A DNA stretch of 64,000 bases from Phyllosticta citribraziliensis (Eukaryota): contig NW_027117351.1 of assembly GCF_038025025.1 (NCBI RefSeq), positions 124,001 through 188,000 of the forward strand, read 5' to 3'. The position numbers were made by a program, and so were the translations under genes. Below, piece by piece: positions 61,032 to 64,000 of the stretch. The first letter of the stretch is position 1. Each line of letters opens with the position of its first letter. The notes beneath the pieces were generated by a model. That model was not told the origin of the DNA. It worked only from the letters and a program-made list of their open reading frames with translations, and did not search any database.

Positions 61032-64000
61032 ATGGATCTCGCGAGGTATTGGCAGTCTTCACCTCCGCTAGGTTGGATGCTAACAACGCCGACAAACAGC
61101 TCCCTCACGCAGGAAGAAATTCCTATCAAGCTCCGATGCGCAATCTGCAACAAACTCGTCATCAACGCCTTCGGCCTACCCTGCTGCGACCAATCCATTT
61201 GCGAAAACTGTACGTGGCGGCCAGAGGCTCGCGCGTGAGCTCCTTCGCTTACTTTGACAGGCCAATCGTCGCTGCCCGATTCCTGCCCCGTTTGCTCCCA
61301 CAGCCCTCTCTCCGGCGACGACTGCAAACCCAAGAAAAACCTGCGCCTCACCGTCAAGGCATATCTCAAGTCTGAGGAAAAGAAGAGGGACAAGGAACGT
61401 TCACTGAGTATATCGGGCAAACCTGGCACTCCCGTTACACCGGGCGGCACAGCACCATCGATAGTGCAATCAGTCGAGCAATCGGACGCACCAAATGAGG
61501 CGATACCGGCGCCCAAAGATGACGCTCTCGGACAAGATGGCAATGTAGGCGGTGCCGTTCAAGCGCACGACGTCAATGTCGAAACCGCACCGGGCGCCCC
61601 ACTTCAAGTATGCTTGAACCATCCTTTTCAGCCTACTTGCTAACATGTGGCAGGGCGGCGAGGATCAAGAACATGCGGAAGACTCAACTGACCAAGAACC
61701 GAAAGCTGCGGAGCCAAGCGCCGAACAAGGCAAAGATCAAGACGCTCAAGAGCAAATTGATGGCGCCCAAGATGCCAAGGGCGAAGAGCAGAATGCAAAC
61801 TGGAGCGGCGGTGCAAACGACGCACAATTCAACGGCAACTATGGATTCGACCAAAACCAAGCCGCCTTTGCAGGTGTCAACTGGGGCCCCGGCGGCTTCA
61901 ATCCCATGATGATGAATGGCATGCCCGGCATGCAAAACGGAAACTGGAACAGCTTTGGCATGATGGGTAAGTCGTCAGTCCAAACTCGGCCACTCTTTAC
62001 TCATCCACGACAGGCATGCCTGGCATGGGGGTGGACCCGATGGCCATGTCCCAAGGAATGTTCGGAGGCTTTGGAGGACAAGGCATGGGCATGAACGGGA
62101 TGAACATGGGCATGGGCTACGGCGGAGGGTACGGTGGCGGATGGAATGGACAGCAGATGAGTGGCAATGACTTTGGTGGCGCAAATGCTGGCTATTATCC
62201 CGGAGGTGGATATAATCAACAATCGCACCAGCAAGGGCATTTCCCTCAGATGAATCATCGTCAACAGCAGTTCGCAAAGAATAATTTCCAGAACCAGAAT
62301 CGTTTCCCTGGGTCCGGCACGTTTGGTCAGCAGCAGCAACCACAGGAAACCACTGGTCAGGTCCAACAAGGGGAAACGGAAGGCGCTGGCCCGGACGACG
62401 GTCAAGAGAAAACCGACGGTGCAGACCAACCAGCTGGTCAAGACGGTCAAAATGACGCCACCGACGCGCCCGACGCTGCAGAGGAGACGTTTGTCCATCA
62501 GCTCCCGGTGGGCATGCAGCGCCAGAACACTGCGGAAACCGCCCCCGCCGATTCGAATACGCCGATTCCTACGGACTCTCATCAAGACGAAAACGAGCAC
62601 GAAAATCCACCTCCCGAGACGGCCCCGGACCAGAATGACTCTGCCGGTCAAGGTGCAAGTGATACTAACACGGCAGAAGCGCAGCGGGAGAATCAGGTAG
62701 ATGAGCCAGAACAACCTGAGACACCTGCGGCCGAGACGGCGACAGGTCAAGAAGATCAGGAGATTCAACAGTCCACAGAAGGATTCCATCCGCCATTCCA
62801 GCCGAATCCCATGGGCGCTTTCAGCCAAGCTGGTCCTATGGGAATGAACATGCCCATGGGACCGATGGGGCCGATGGACCCTTCGTACATGATGGGCGGC
62901 CTTCACGGTATGCCACATGAGTCGATGGGCTGGAATTCTCATTATGACTTTGGAGGGCGAGGAAGGGGCCGAGGGTTTGGACGCGGCGGATACAACAATT
63001 TCCGAGGCGGTTTCGTTGGTCGTGGAGGTCCTGGATTTGGCAACAGTGGTGCCTTTAGCGGCGAGGTCACGGTCCTTGCTGGCGGTGAACCCAAGGGCGT
63101 CGGTGTAGAGGGCGCTCCAACCGGACCCAGAGCCATGCGAGAAGGCCTACCAAACACGGGTGCGAGCGGAAGATTGAGAAGCGGTTTTGGTTCTAGTGGT
63201 CCCGGACGGCCAGGCTGGACGCCTTCGGGGTCTGCCGCTCCAACGTCTATCAAAAGGTGAGTGCTTCTTGTCGTTTGACATTGGCGTTGTTCTGACTGGA
63301 ATAGCAAATCGCCCGAAAGAGACCGTTCTCGTTCCCAGTCGCGGCCAAAATCGAGGTCGAAAAGTCCCCACAGATCCCGCTCACGTTCACCTCGTCGGCA
63401 CCGCAGACATCGTCATCGGTCCCACAGCGCTTCCGAGGAGACGGACCGCGAGCGACGCGACGACAAACGACGCCATCGCCGTCGTTACGAAGACGAAGAG
63501 GACGAGGCGTCCTACGAGGAATCTCGCTACGGTGGACACAGCAAGGACCGCACCAGGGAGCCCTCTCTCGAAGACTCGTCCAGGCACCGCAGCAGGAGGG
63601 ATCGCGAAAAGGAAAAGGACCGCCACCGCTCTTCTCGTCACCGCGACCGCAGCCATGAACACCGCAGGCATCGCCACCGCTCCAAGACGCCAGTCGACGA
63701 TGAAGCCAGCGTCGTCAACGGAGATGACTTTTCGAGCGAATCTGGCCGTCGCGGCAAGCGTGACAAGTACCGCGACCGCGACAGCGACTACGAGAAAGAG
63801 CGCGAGCGCAGAAAGGAAAAGGAACGCGAGAGGGAGCGCGAAAAAGAAAAGGACCGCAAGCGCTCGCGCCGTGAGCGTGAACGGTCGGCTTCTCCTTCGC
63901 GCGACCATGACGACTACGAGGATGAGGATCGCCATCACCGCTCATCGCGCCGTCGCCGCGAAAAGGAAAAGGACAGGGCAGCGCGCAAGGATGAGCAAGC
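61032..64000 (+). CDS. RING-finger protein with Gly/Met-rich, RGG and RS/RE-rich regions; runs off window end
   Basis: Spliced MDLASSLTQEEIPIKLRCAICNKLVINAFGLPCCDQSICENCQSSLPDSCPVC. Introns at 61046-61099, 61210-61260, 61608-61653, 61967-62013 and 63257-63304; last visible exon SKSPERDRSRSQSRPKSRSKSPHRSRSRSPRR. Confidence 0.85.

Noticed and set aside
1..64000. CRISPR arrays, rRNA or tRNA genes
   Set aside because: No regularly spaced repeats, rRNA-like sequence or convincing cloverleaf noticed by eye.

Overview
Eukaryotic, intron-containing DNA from a filamentous ascomycete (short GT-AG introns with CTRAC/CTAAY branch sites; Dothideomycete-like is only my inference). Positions 1-40 kb and 59-64 kb hold mostly recognisable genes: PIK1 (partial), an isochorismatase-family hydrolase, a small putative HTH protein, IWR1, an equilibrative nucleoside transporter, PRO3, CTK3, mitochondrial bL12, midasin MDN1, a GH105/GH88-like glycosidase, a Ppn2-like metallophosphoesterase, a GDSAG alpha/beta hydrolase and a RING/RS-rich protein (partial). 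The main result is an accessory block at about 40.7-58.9 kb: one orphan 645-aa gene followed by a tandem array of seven highly diverged paralogs of a family I cannot name. They share a ~110-aa N-terminal domain and a basic NLS-like patch. Six of the seven also share a helical C-terminal region split by a phase-2 intron at the same position, and the second exon encodes a conserved G-L-x-L-S-x-x-L-[KR]-x-[LI]-F motif that the ORF track does not join to the genes. All alignments were done by eye; no database searches were run.
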